Assembly: GCA_951406725.2 (NCBI GenBank)
Contig: OX597825.1
Coordinates: 31,744,001-31,808,000, forward strand
Reading direction: 5' to 3'
DNA length: 64,000 bases
Source of the DNA: Octopus vulgaris
Taxonomy: Eukaryota
Shown: one piece after another, positions 26,992-40,441 of the stretch
Position numbering within the stretch: the stretch's first letter is position 1
Layout of the letters: the number at the start of each line of letters is the position of its first letter
Made by a program: the position numbers and the translations under genes
The notes under the pieces: generated by a model
What the model was told of the DNA's origin: nothing
Databases searched by the model: none
Seen by the model: only the letters and a program-made list of their open reading frames with translations

Positions 26992-27327
26992 TCTGTGTGT
27001 GTGTGTGCGTGTGTGTGTCTGTGTGTGCGTGTGTGTGTCTGTGTGTGAGTGTGTGAGTGTGTGTGTGTGTGTGTGTGTACATGTGTGTGTGTACATGTGT
27101 GTGTGTATGTGTCTGTCTGTCTTTGTATGTGTTTCTGTGTGTGTGTGCTTGTGTGTATGTATCTGTGTGTATGTGGGTGGGTGTGTCTGAGTACGTCTGT
27201 GTGTATGTGAGTCTGTGTGTGTGTCTGTGTGTGTGTGTGTGTGTGTGTGCGTGTGTGTATGTGTGTGTGTGTCTGTGTTTGTGTGCCTGTGTGTGTATGC
27301 TTGTGTGTTTGTGTGCCTGTGTGTGTA

Positions 27328-27388
<61 letters not shown>

Positions 27389-27390
27389 TT
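26992..27390. repeat. Imperfect (TG)n microsatellite
   Basis: Read directly. Confidence 0.97.
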
Positions 27391-27686
27391 TGCTATTTGT
27401 TTTGGTTATTTTGATTGTGATTACACTACATCTATCTTTCTGGCTTATGTTTTTAATGTTTTTCCTTCTTTCATTTCTTGTATTTTTACTGTTTGTTCTT
27501 AGCTCACCATCACCATCAACATCATCATCATCATCATCATCATTGCTGTTGTTGTTATCATCATCATCATCGTCCTCACCACACTTTCTATGCCAGTATG
27601 GGTTGGATGGATCCTCCCCCTGAGGATTTGGACTTGCTGCCCTCCAAGACAGATCAGAGGATCATATCTGACATTTATGTATTTCT

Positions 27687-27903
27687 CTTATTTCTTTATT
27701 GCCCACAAAAGGCTAGACATAGAGGGGACAAACAAGGATAGACAAAGGGATTAAGTCGATTACATCGACTCAGTGCGTAACTGGTATTTATTTAATCGAC
27801 CCCGAAAGGATGAAAGGCAAAGTCGACCTTGGCAGAATTTGAACTCGCAATGTAGTGGCAGACGAAATACCACCAAGTATTTTGCCCGGCATGCTAATGT
27901 TTC
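27687..27903 (-). mobile_element. Meta-domain-like SINE
   Basis: Homologous to 10636-10860. Confidence 0.85.
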
Positions 27904-29441
27904 AGTGGCTGAATGCCCTTTCTAAAAGCAAACACTTCACAGTATACTAGGTGCATTTTATCTTAGCAAAAGCCCAGATAAATATATTTACCAAGGATAC
28001 AGGGAGTCAGGGGTTTACTGTAACTAGAAAATTATTATAAAATATCTTATTTAAGGTTACTAAAATATCTATTAGATAATTATGATTTCTAGTTTAGATA
28101 CAAGGCCAAATCATAAAATGAAAGTAACACCAAGAGCTACAAAACATCATCATTATCATTCTCATCATCATTGTTGTCACTACTAACACCTCTGCTACCA
28201 TCATTGCCATCGCCTCCTCTGCCATCAGCACCACCTCCACCATCATCATCACCATCATCCTCCTCATCATCATCATCATAATTATTTTAATGTTCACTTT
28301 CCCATACTTGCACAGGTCAAATGGAATTCTTGAGGTAGATGTCCTTTGGCTGGATGCTCTACTTGTCACCAACCTTCATCTGTTCCCAAGTAAAAGAAAT
28401 TCATCCTTGGACCAGACATATTTGCACAGAAGATAAGAAATAAAGAACACAGCATGAATAATGGTTTCCACCTATCAAATCCACTCACAAGACTTTGGTC
28501 GGCCCAGGGCTATAACAAAAGGTGCCATGCAATGGGACTGAACCTGAAACCATGTAGTTGGAAAGTAAACTTCTTGATCACACAGCCATGCCTGTTAGTT
28601 AGGATGGAGTTACACGGTTTGGACAGATGAGAGGTGATGTCAAAACGGATTTACAAATTCTAATAACACTGAAAAGCCAGTGAGTCAAACCAGAACCGTG
28701 CCCAGCGAAAGACATCAAGACAAAAAGCAGGAGTGTGGTGATGCAATGGAGGAAAGCTGGTTGTTATATTTGCCAGAGTAAAACACACTTCAGAGCTGGA
28801 TGCCCAGAAAAACTGAGGCAAAAACAAAGGAGATAGATATGATTGTTGTTGTTGTTGTTATCATCGTCGTCGCCATCGTTCTAATATGTGAGAGTGCATG
28901 GCCTAGTGGTTAGGGTGTAGTACTCACAACCACGAGATCGTAGTTTCAATTCTTGGACTGTGTGGTGCATTGTGTTCTTGAGCAAAGCACTTCATCTCAC
29001 TTTGCTTCTCAATCACTTCGACACCTGGCACGTGGTACACTGTGCACCTGTTCAGGTAAAATCAATTTCATGATCAGAGTGAGCTAATGTGCTCTCATAC
29101 TTATGATACATATGATCACAAATTATTTGTACAGGTTGTTTGGCAAAAGCTGAACATTCATGCATTGTCTTCGACAGGTGAGTCCATCGTAATAAGGTAA
29201 TGTGACAGGTGAGTCCATCGTAATAAGGTAATGAGCTGGCAGAATTGTTAGAATGCTGGATAAATTGCTTTGCAGCATTTCATCGATCTTTATGTTTTGA
29301 GTTCAAATTCCACTGACATCAACTTTGCCTTTCATACTTTCGGGGGCGATAAAATAAGTACCAGCTGAAACTGGAGCCAATCTAATCAACTTACCCACTT
29401 CCCTGAAATTGCTGGCCTTGTGCCACAATCTGAAACCATTA

Positions 29442-29509
29442 GTGGTGGTTGTGGTGGTGGCAACAGCAGCAGCAATAGCAGTAGCAGCAGCAGCAGAGGC
29501 AGCAGTGGC

Positions 29510-29559
<50 letters not shown>

Positions 29560-29605
29560 CAATAGCAGCAGCAGCAGCAGTAATAGCAGAGGCAGCAGCA
29601 ACAAC

Positions 29606-29658
<53 letters not shown>
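29442..29658. repeat. (AGT/AGC)n microsatellite
   Basis: Read directly. Confidence 0.95.
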
Positions 29659-30626
29659 CCTTTAAATCTGAATTTTGGGATTTTCCCTGGACCAGATTCC
29701 ACCCAACAGTGCTGAAAAGTTCCTTTCAAGTGCTTCTGTTTTTTTTTAACTGAAGCAGCTGAACCTTAAAGAATAAAAATATGGTTTTATTTTTAATTTA
29801 AATTTCTGCTCAATTTTGAATTTTTACTACCGGAAAATGGAGAAGGATTTACAAGTGTAAGCATATCAACTGTTTTAACCAGCTCAGTATACAGAATGTA
29901 AATGAATTCGAAATTTACCTTAAAGAAATGCAAAAGTTTTTCCATTTTTAGGGTTTAAAATGATTAGCAATTGCTATGAATAAGAAAATGTGTCCATGAA
30001 TAAGAAAAACATTTTGCAATCTCTCACTGCATATTTGTAGCTTCTTAATGCTTGTTGCATAATATATGATTTTATCCAAGTAAGTAACATTTATAATGCA
30101 TGGAGTTTCTTGGAGTTATTTAAATTCCCAATGATTCTTTTTTTCTATGCCAACAAATATACATTTATGTCAATGTATGTAGTGATTCGTTCATTAACAC
30201 TATGGTGGATATGCCAAAGTTACACGATTGTAAATGGCATTCAGTGAAACAAAAAACATGTGCAGAGTTAATCTCATGTACTTAGATATAAGATGGGATA
30301 ATGGCATTAATCACTCCTCAACATCATCATCATAATAATAATTATAATGCTCGCTTTTTCCATACTTGCTTGAATCAGATGGAATTCCTTGCAGCAGCTT
30401 GTTTTACAACTGAATGCCCTTCCTGTCACAAACCTTCACCTGTTTTTGAAGTAAGGTAATATTAGCTCATGGCAGAAAATTTTTACAAAGAAGGCTGGAG
30501 ATGAATGACACTGTTTGTATGATGGTGACACTTGCTAACAGCTGGCACATTATGTCAAGACAAGAAGACTCAAACATACATTCACACATGCATGTACACA
30601 TGCACACACATACTTACACACATGTA

Positions 30627-31727
30627 CAGGATGTTCAAGCTAAATTTGATAGTTTGCATAAAAGGTAAAATATACAATATCCTGTCTAAAAATAAAAATC
30701 CCGTTTAAAAAACAAAAAAATATCCAGCAGATTACAGCTTGGAGATAGATAACAGTTTCCTCAAAGTAGCCACTCTCAGTTTCCACCATGGCCTCAAAAT
30801 AGCTTTATAACCTGGCACATGCATTCCTCACTGTGTCCCTGGGTAGATCTTCAAACACTTCCTTCAACTTAGCCACCAGTTCAGTTTTGTTATTGCAGGT
30901 AGGATGGTTGGTGTTTTTCTCAACCATGCCCCACATGTAGTAATCCATGGGATTACAATCATTATTATTGGGAGGCCAAAAATCAGGCTGGTGAAGTTGT
31001 AGAGATTCTCCAACAGCTATTTCTGACTCTTTCCAGAAGTATGACAAGGATCAAATCCTACTACCACACATATGGTACATCACATGGATTGTATGCAAGC
31101 AACCTGTTGATCTGGGTGTTGTGCAACTGATCCTGGCAGAAGTTATTTTCGTTTGAAAAGAACCATATTATTCTTAGCTCAACAAGATATTTCAGCTTGT
31201 TCAGGGGCTTCTCCCTCGTTAAGGAGTTCTCTTTGGCCTTGGCTGTCAGAATTTGTCCCTTGCACCTTTTGTACAAGTGAGCCAGTTTTATGGTGGTGAC
31301 TCCTACACGCATCTGTTTTTCCAAAGTCCAGATTCCCTTGCTCAGAACTTCCATCACCTTGTCTTGCAGTTGTTGGATAAATTCCAGTGTGTTAATACTG
31401 TCAGAATACTTGCTGTGTCCCTTGCTGCTAGCCATGACTTCATAGTCTTTGTTGCAGATATCCATGTCATGTTTTTACAGTGTTCACAGGACATAGGGCA
31501 TCAGTCATGATGTCAGCATTTTGATTCCTGGTGCAAATCATCATGATACAGGTAACCCTTTCCCAATATTCAGATGGCTTCTAGCCCTTCATGTCACCCA
31601 ACATTTTCTCAACTACAACCTTAATCTTTATTCCTTCCAACACTAATGACAGCTCACTAACACATCAAGCTGTTCCTGATAAAAAGGAGACATCAAAAAT
31701 CCTCAAATTTATGGTCCAAGCACCTTA
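30627..31727 (-). mobile_element. Decayed maT/DD37D-like Tc1/mariner transposon
   Basis: IWFFSNE..F and FWPPNNNDCNPMDYYMWG...VRNAC motifs; degenerate TIRs (caggatgttcaagctaaatttga / tcaaatttatggtccaagcacctt). Confidence 0.85.
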
Positions 31728-33584
31728 TATAATACACAAGCTTTTTTAAAGTTTCCATCTACCAAATCCACTCACAAGGTTTGGCTGACCTGTAGTTAAA
31801 GCAGATGACACTTGCCAAAGGCGCCATACAATGGAACTGAACCCAAAACTATGTGGTTGGGAAGTGAACTTCTTAACCACACATCTGCACTCTGCACCTG
31901 TTGTATGAAGCTACATTTCCTGGTCATCAGGGTATAGGCTTCATGATTATTTAATCAAGTGTCTGGTTCTTGGACTGGGTGGTACATTGCATTCTTCAGC
32001 AATTGACTTCTTTCCATGTTACTCAAGCACACTTAGTTAAAAAACGAGTAGCAGTGGTACCTGAAGGTCAAACCTGCAACAGACTGGTGTCCTGTTCAGA
32101 GGAAGGAGTCGTGTAATCCAGTAAATTGGATTACAAGCTGATTGGCCTCATGAGATTGTAGAATCAAAGTAGACTTTTGACTTTTCAGACTTACTTTATC
32201 CTACCATGATTTCTCAAGATTCCATAGCTTTCTCATTCAAAGAACTTCTGAGAACGTCTGAGTATTCTGTGCCAATGGGCAAAGCCAAGTAATATATTAT
32301 TGATTGCACTGCGTACAGTGTTAAAGTAAAATTTTATTCATTATATTTTTCACAAACAGTCTATGACATAATCGATTATGTGTAGTTAAACAGAATATTT
32401 CTGTGAAGATTGTCTTGAGTTAAAACCAAACTCAACAAGAGTTTGTGAACAGAAACTTGAAATCCCAATAGTCTTCTTCTTGATTATGTATTCTCACTAC
32501 GTTTGGCTTGTAACTAAAACAAACTTCTTTTAAAAGACAAAGTATGTTGACACACACAGAAGAGATTAAATCAAATACCTTCCACCATGTTCTGTAGTAG
32601 AATATATAATTAATTACTGTAATATTTGTCATCTCTATCTTCTGACTATATTACAAATGGTTTTCAGAGCTTGAGGCCTGACTACAAGAACACAAAGCAG
32701 CAAATCAATAAGGTAGCTTATACATTGTTACTCAACCTGCCAAAATGGCAGCTAACTCTTCAAATTTAATTCTGCCATCTTAAAAATATTTAAGGACATA
32801 TTGGATAATATAGCCTTTGATTAAATTATATCTGTAAAATGATAGGATAGTCATGGTTGGAATGCCTTCTTTAATTGGTCAGCTTGAAGAGATCTAAGCT
32901 GAGGTTAAACAAACAACAACAACTATAACAACATAGCTAAGCAGTAGATATAATCCCAAGCCAAAAACATATAGTAGGTACTCGACTAATTCGTTCATAA
33001 TTAATTTTAACTTCATTTTTGTACAATATATTCAATTAGACAGATATATAAATTTTTAGTGCTGGGTATGATTTTTTCCTACAAATTTGCTTTAGGTAAT
33101 AAGTAATTTAATATTCAACTCTTGCAGCCATTATACTTTCATTCCTCAATCTGAAGTATTATGTTTGCCATATAGATATTATTATGGAATCGTTTTCCTT
33201 GCTCATTGCTCACCACACAAAGATTTTCTGGAGACAAAACTTACCAGTTTTCTCAGCTCTATATTTCTGAATCATTTGGAATCCTTTTCTACAAACTCCC
33301 ATTACTCACCAGGCAATCTGAATTAGTCTCGTCTTGCACACATATAGTATGTAGAACTCTAAAATATTTTAAACCTATTCTTTTTTTCTCAGATATGAAA
33401 TTCATTCTCCTATATACTTTCCTATTCCCTCAAGTATGGTGTACAATAAACAACCTACACACCATAACTTCTGCTTCTTCATCCTTCATCATTTATTGAC
33501 AATATTCAGATATATGTATGGTTATGTATACTTGCACATGTATGCAGGTATAGCACTTGAAGTTGCTATATTAATATGATGGTT

Positions 33585-33811
33585 CACTGGCAGAATCATT
33601 AGCACGCTGGGCGAAATATGTAGCCGTGTTTCGTCTGCCGCTATGTTCTGAGTTCAAATTCCGCCAAAGTCGACTTTTGCCTTTCATCCTTTCGGGGTCG
33701 ATTAAATAAGTACCAGTTACGCACTGGGATCAATATAATCGACTTACTCCCTTTATCTGTCCTTGTTTGTCCTCCCTGTGTTTAGCTCCTTATGGGTAGT
33801 AAAGAAATGGG
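33585..33811 (+). mobile_element. Meta-domain-like SINE
   Basis: Homologous to 10636-10860. Confidence 0.85.
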
Positions 33812-33962
33812 ATACTTGATACCACCAGCTTAATATAGTCTGTTGGTTATTAGTTCGACAGAAGTTGTTCTCACATCAGGTTGACTCCATGGTTGTGGGT
33901 TGAAGATGACGATGTCAACGGTGGCTGTTAAACAGTATTGGTGGCAGACAGACGTCACCAAC

Positions 33963-34492
33963 TGTATTCATGTGTTCATTGATATACAATAACAACTCAC
34001 TTTAAGATTATAAAGTTTTATTGTAATAGTGAGTTACACATGAACTACCTTGCATAGAGTTGTGTATAGTGATTGCAGTATTTAATAGAAACATCTCTGA
34101 AGTGTAGTAAATGAATGAATGCGTGAAGACATTAGTTGCACTTCATATGTATAGAAAGATGACTTGATAGAAGTGCTTTCTAGATAGTATAAAGGTAACG
34201 ACATTGAGTTTGGTCTATTTTGCCTGCGCACGTGGAGGAAACGTTCTTGTGTGTGAGCGGCCAGCATTTACATGATAGAACAAAACTGCATGTCGGGAGC
34301 CCTTTAGAAAAGCAAGATCAGGAGCTGAAAGTAACTCGATTGACCAATCGCGGCAGTGACATTATATAATTGACAATGGCATGTAGCAGAGAATGCCTAT
34401 CCAAGGGAGTTAGTTAATTCAGCCAATCACAGACTGAGTAAAGCTGTAAACTGGCAATGTTATTTGAACCTACCCCGAGATCCAAAAATACA
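33963..34492 (-). mobile_element. Putative LTR with adjacent PBS-like sequence
   Basis: TGTATT...AATACA inverted termini, AATAAA on the minus strand ~55 nt before the end, then gtTGGTGACGTC; no partner LTR in the window. Confidence 0.4.
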
Positions 34493-34544
34493 TGTTTTAA
34501 CTAAAGCTTATACAGACATGCTACACATGTATCAATATATGTAT

Positions 34545-34728
34545 GCATACACACACATACACACACACACACCCCAACACTCGCATATACATACACAAAT
34601 ACACACACACACACACTCACACACACACACACACTCACACACACACTCACACACACAAACACATACACATACAGACACACAGATACACATATACACACCA
34701 ACACACACAGCAACAAGCACACATGCAC

Positions 34729-34759
<31 letters not shown>

Positions 34760-34899
34760 GAAATACATACACACCAACACACACACATAAACACACAAAC
34801 ACAGATGCACACCAACACACACACACATACACACCAACACACATACAGAAACTCACATACACACTAACACGCACACATACACACCAACACACACACCGC

Positions 34900-34932
<33 letters not shown>
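34545..34932. repeat. Imperfect (CA)n microsatellite
   Basis: Read directly. Confidence 0.97.
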
Positions 34933-34934
<2 letters not shown>

Positions 34935-35139
34935 GTGTAGCTCTCTACTGAAGGTAGAGTGAAATTTAAAGTAAAACAAATCAATAGGTGAAACTTGAAA
35001 TCCCAATCAAGTTGATTCTGATCTTTTTCATTGATCTTAATGAAAACAAGGTGAATTGAATTTATACATTCAGCAATAAGGTAGATGAAGGACAAAACAT
35101 GTCCTGGCTGGTAAAAATCAACAAAAAAATTAATAATTT

Positions 35140-35351
35140 GGCCCTTTAGCATTTAAACTAACCATAAGTAACCCAAATATTCTACCTGTTCTATGTTCAA
35201 ATTAATCAGATCTGACCTTGCACACCTACCCTATAATTCCATTTTGAGCATTAAAAGTGACGTCATTGACATTTTAAAGTAACAAGATAAAGCATGATTA
35301 ATTCAAAGCAATGTGAACAAATATACATTTAACAGAGTAGTTAAAGGGTTA
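35140..35351. mobile_element. piggyBac-type MITE, second copy
   Basis: ccctttagc...ttaaagggtta termini; internal homology to 5048-5278. Confidence 0.55.
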
Positions 35352-35469
35352 GTAAAGTTTCCATAAGGTTGAACTTATAGGGCTGTAGCCTAAAATTAGA
35401 ACCCATTCTTTACAATTTCCATTACTGCAGAATTCTCTAACCAGAGTTTTCCTAATGCATGGTGTGCCT

Positions 35470-36260
35470 GTATATGGAATATAAATGGTAATCAACATGA
35501 AGCAACAAGAAGCAGAAATAGATTTCATAATTGAAGGAAAACCAATTTAAGAGATAGCAGAGATACATCATACAAGAAATGTCCAATCAGAAAATGGGAA
35601 ACATGCAGCAGAAATCATAAGAAGAATTGAAGTATTTAGAAAGTAATTTTTAAAAAAAATGTTAAACACACTAGCATCAAGAAATATTGATATCAGAACT
35701 TGGAATACAGTATTGAAATGGTATGTATGGGCCATCTTATTAAATGGAGTTGAAATATGGACATGGTCAAATATATTTGTTTCAAATTTTGGCACAAGAC
35801 CAGCAGTTTCAGGGGAGGGAATAAGTTGATTACATCAAGCCAGTGTTCAACTGGTACTTATTTTATTGACTCTGAAAGGATGAAAGATAAAGTAGACCTT
35901 GGTGGAATCTGAATTCAGAATGTAAAGTTGGAAAAAATGTCAGTAAGCATTTTTTTTTTGGTATGGTTAACAATTCTGCCACCTCATCACTCTGGACATT
36001 ATCAAATACATAACAAGCATTTGAAATGTAGATATATAGAAAACTTTTGAGACTATCAAAGATGGAACTCAGAACCAATACTACATATTAAAAATGCCAA
36101 AAGTCAAGAAAAATTTAATCAGATATCAAAGAAAGAAGACTAAAATGGTTTGGAGAACATAATTGCAAAAAATGGTTTCCAAAAAGTGTTAATAGAAAAC
36201 AAAATGAGGAAATGAGGAGAGGAGGAAGAAAAAGTCAAAAATTACTTGGATGATATCATC
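35470..36260 (+). mobile_element. Decayed RTE-type LINE 3' coding fragment split by a SINE (~35780-35990)
   Basis: EIIRRIE...VLKWYVWAILLNGVEIWT then AFEM*IYRKLL. Confidence 0.65.
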
Positions 36261-37135
36261 ATCATCATCATCATCGTTTAACGTCTGCTTTCCATGCTGG
36301 CATGGGTTGGATAAATATTAAGAAATTGGAAGAACTTAAAATACAGAGGAATGGATAATGATTGCACAAGAAAGATTGAGATGGCAAGACATGATTTTCA
36401 TCTGGCTGAAAGTAGATTATATCTGATGGTGGCATCGGCAGTGGTGGTGGTGGTAGTGGTGGAGATGATGATGATGGGAGTGGAAAGAGAGCCAGCTGCT
36501 GTAGTGTCAGCGATGGCAGTGGTGTTGATGGTGGTGGGATGCTGGCTGTAATGATGATGATAGCGATATTGGTGGTGGTGGTGGTGGTGGTAGTGACAGC
36601 AGTGGTTGTAGTAGCAGTGATGATGATGATGATAACAATGATAATGATGATGATGCCGACAATGGTATTGATGCTGACGATGATGACAACAACAACAAAG
36701 AGAATGACGACAACGAGGAGGATTGAGATATAATGGTATATATGTTGCTGTAGCATTCCTGAGAATGTTAGTAGAATGGTCTCCTTTCGTTTTTGTTCTC
36801 TTTTTTGGATTCTTTATTGTTTTTTTTTTAGCTGATGCAGTTGAGAAATGTTACGCATATCAACTGTGCTGTTGCTGGACACATGAGCTGTCATCCAATC
36901 TAATGTAGACCAAAATCCTATAAAGAGTCAACAGCTATTCAGAAGTGAAGTGGCTTGTGACCCTGTAGCCATGGCTAAGCCTTCATGTTTTAGTCTTGAC
37001 TGAGATAGAGATCTGTGATTATTCTGAGTTGATACGGCTTAGTCATGGCTGAGATCTCTTTAGATAAAACCACAATATAACATTTGCATCTATATTTACT
37101 CCAGAACCCACAGTGTCGGCATGGTTATTGGTTAA

Positions 37136-37370
37136 GAAGCGGTGAGTTGGCAGAATTGTTAACATGCCGGGCGAAATGCTTAGCAGTATTTCGTCTGCCG
37201 TTACGTTCTGAGTTCAAATTCAGCTGAGGTCGACTTTGCCTTTCATCCTTTCGGGGTCATTAAATTAAGTACCAGTTATGCACTGGGGTCGATGTAATTG
37301 ACTTAATTCCTTTTTCTGTCCTTGTTTGTCCCCTCTATGTTTAGCCCCTTGTGGGCAATAAAGAAATAAA
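37136..37370 (+). mobile_element. Meta-domain-like SINE
   Basis: Homologous to 10636-10860. Confidence 0.88.
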
Positions 37371-37546
37371 AAGCTAATTTTGTAACCATTTGGCTTTGGG
37401 TTCAGTTCCAAGCCATTTTTGAGGAACTGCTGCTATTAACACATTCACCAGACAACACAGGATCACTGCCCATTTAGCAATCTAAATGGTAGAATCTATA
37501 TAAACTCGCATTTCTAAATCATATTCTTTTGATAAGGGGTTTTTAT

Positions 37547-37726
37547 ACATTATTTATATTATTTACATTATTTACATTTGACGGATATTTGTCCTCATCA
37601 TATTGGTTGTTAACACGTTTCGGCTGATATACCCTCCAGCCTTCATCAGGCATATGGTGTAGTGGTTAAGAGCGCAGGCTACGAACCCTAAGATTCTGAG
37701 TTTGATTCCAGGCAGTGACCTGAATG

Positions 37727-37782
<56 letters not shown>

Positions 37783-38016
37783 AATAATGATAACAACAAC
37801 AACAGCAACAACAACAGCAACAACAACAACAACAATAATAACATCGAAAAATACCTTAGGAATGAGAACCCAGGCTTAAAATTTCCCCAAGACACCGGAT
37901 GAAGGCTGGAGGGTATATCAGCCAAAACGTGTTAACAACAAACAAGATGAGAACAAATATCCATCAAATGTAAATAATGTAAATAATGTACATAATTCCT
38001 CATCTCTTAAATATAG
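37547..38016 (+). mobile_element. tRNA-headed SINE-like element with hammerhead-like 3' module, 5' inverted duplication and 12-bp TSD
   Basis: TSD aggggtttttat (37535-37546 / 38017-38028); 37547-37650 is the reverse complement of ~37895-37990; A/B boxes at 37655-37710. Confidence 0.85.
37611..37650 (-). ncRNA. Hammerhead-like core in the inverted arm
   Basis: CUGAUGA-A-GGCUG(10 nt)CAGCC-GAAAC-GUGUU; helix III apparently missing. Confidence 0.5.
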
Positions 38017-40040
38017 AGGGGTTTTTATGTCTGAAATATATAATGGTTACTTAGGAGGGGCATCCATCTTTCAAAAACCATACCAAACCAAACAGTGGAA
38101 CTTGGTGAAGTCTTCTGGTCTGTTAGCTCCCATCAAACCATCCAATCTATGCCAGCATAGGAAGACAGACATTAAATGATGATGATGATGATCATGATCA
38201 TGATTATGATATGCATTAGAGTGTATGTCTTTGTGTTTGCATTTGTACCCCCCATCACTACAACTTGACAACCAGTGTTGGTTTGTTTACATCCCTATAA
38301 CTTAGCAGTTCAGCAAAAAAGAGGCTGATAGAATAAGTATCAGACATTAAAATATAAGTGCTAGGGTCGATTTGTTTAACCAAACCCTTCAGGGCAGTGC
38401 TCCAACATGACTGTAATTCAAAAACTGAAACAAGTATACAATAAAAGATTGTATATGTTCAATAAAAATACTCTTAAATGCTCACCCCACCCCACTACCA
38501 CCACCACCACCACATTCCACTAATTTGACACTCCCCACTACATGCAGTCTTTGATTACAAGCCAATAAGGAAGCTTCTTATGGTCCTTTGACTTGATTGA
38601 AATAATGGCCATTTCTTCCTCAAACTACACCCTAGTATCTTAGAAAGGGTACAAATTAGAAAAGGTAGCCCAGAGCAAAAGATGAGATGGTCGTGGCTAG
38701 AATGCTTTTGATCATAAGTTTACTCAATCAGAACTAACCAGAGACTAATCAATGGTAACAACTTCTTTGATCATTCCAATCCAATGAGGAGACCAATCAT
38801 AATGGTCTCCCATCTTCACCTCACAATAGTTTGCTTCTTTTCATGTTACTCCAGTTGACTCACCTGCAAATGAGTTTCTCCAATAACTTGGGAGTTAACT
38901 TTGATATAGACCAATGTCTACTCCAAGGAGAGATGATATTGTAATCTCAGTGACAGGAACTGGGTTTCGCTCTAGTCTTATGAATCCTAGGCTCGTTACA
39001 GACCTTGGCTAAGCCTATGTTCCATCTTCATATTTCATCCTCAAAATGTTGCTTTTTCAATTCTGCTAACTATTGCCCAATTCTTCTTACTTCAATCATC
39101 TCAAAGATGAAAGAAACAAACATAAACAACCCCCTATTTTATTCCTTTGAATCTTTTTTGGCTTCTTGGTGACTATCACTATGGTGCTTGAAGTGCCAGA
39201 CCTTCTAAAGATATGTTGTCCTATGTCAGGTGCCAGCAGTGTTTTATCCTCAGGAACTTTGGTGAAAGTCATGTTGCTCCTGACACCAGTAAAGAGTTCA
39301 GTTCTGTCTAAGTTTCCATCATATGAACTTTTTCCAGTTCTAATCCTTCTGAATGGAAGCTTCTAGACCAGGCTACTCCATTGTTAATTACATTGATAGG
39401 GGTTCACCTTCAGTCAACTCTAATGTGCCTCAAAGGTCCAGTTATATCTCCAATGCCCATCCTTCTGCATGTTAGGCCTCTTGAGGCTCTTCACTTTCAT
39501 TTTAAGCAACACATGTTCTCCTGTGCTGATGAAACTTACACTTCACTCCTCAGATTTCAATACACAGGCACCATTCTTATGAAATCTTATATTCCACCAC
39601 TCCTATCCATGGATGGCATGCAACTAAAACCTCCAAAGTAACTAAAATTACTTCACTTCACAATTACAATCACCAAATATTTCCTTATTTGTTTGTGTTG
39701 TTTTTGCTGTTGCCACTGTTCTTGTCATTGATGCCGATGCCAACGCCGATGCAACCACCGTCGCCATCGTCATCATCATCATCGTCATTGTTGTTCAGCA
39801 CCAGACTTCCATGATCATACAAAACTTATATCAAATGCATTCCAGCTTTGGCCATCCTACTTTTCTTGTATCATAGCAATGATTTGAAGAAAATTTGGCA
39901 GATATTTTTAGCAAACCAACAACTGAATAAAGGCTCTCTATTTGTCTATACTGCTGGTATTGTTTAATGTACAAACATGTTCAAAGCCATTCCAGCTCTG
40001 ACCATCCCACTTTATGTATATGATGACTGTGAGAATATTT

Positions 40041-40441
40041 GACTTTTATTTTCTCAAAGCAATCTGGTTCAGTCAGCTTCTCCGGACCATCAGTAAAATG
40101 TCAACAACTTTGCAGAATGTTGCTGTGCATAAGCAGACTCATCAACCAAATCCAAGAATCTCACTCAACCATTCAGTCAGTGATAGCGATGGCCAGTAAG
40201 TACAAAGGGTAGGGATATGCTCAACGTGGGGCCAATGGCCCACACCTATGGGAAATTTCTTGTTTACAGGGTTAATTCCAGGCCCTGATCCCTATCACGG
40301 GAAGTGGCTCAGAGGTTTCCTAACTCTCTTGGACTGGAGAAGATGTGCTTACTGATATCTCCAGGGTAGACATTTAAGGGCATCACAGACCTGTTATTGC
40401 TCAACCTTGTGCAGGTTTCTGCTGCCCATTCCTCTAAGAAG
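40041..40441 (-). pseudogene. Degenerate 18S rRNA fragment (3' region)
   Basis: taagggcatcacagacctgttattgctcaa, gtacaaagggtaggga, tcactcaaccattcagtcagtgatagcga, gacttttattttctc and cctctaagaag match conserved SSU rRNA antisense blocks in the right order. Confidence 0.88.

Noticed and set aside
29173-29233. 30-bp tandem duplication at a SINE-SINE junction
   Set aside because: Ordinary local duplication with no further structure.
29690-33360. Further minus-strand exon candidates near 29830-29918, 32430-32590 and 33310-33358
   Set aside because: Weak or missing donors or in-frame stops; not supportable without transcripts.
37649-37720. Functional tRNA gene (also other A/B-box heads)
   Set aside because: No complete cloverleaf or acceptor stem; continues into a SINE body.
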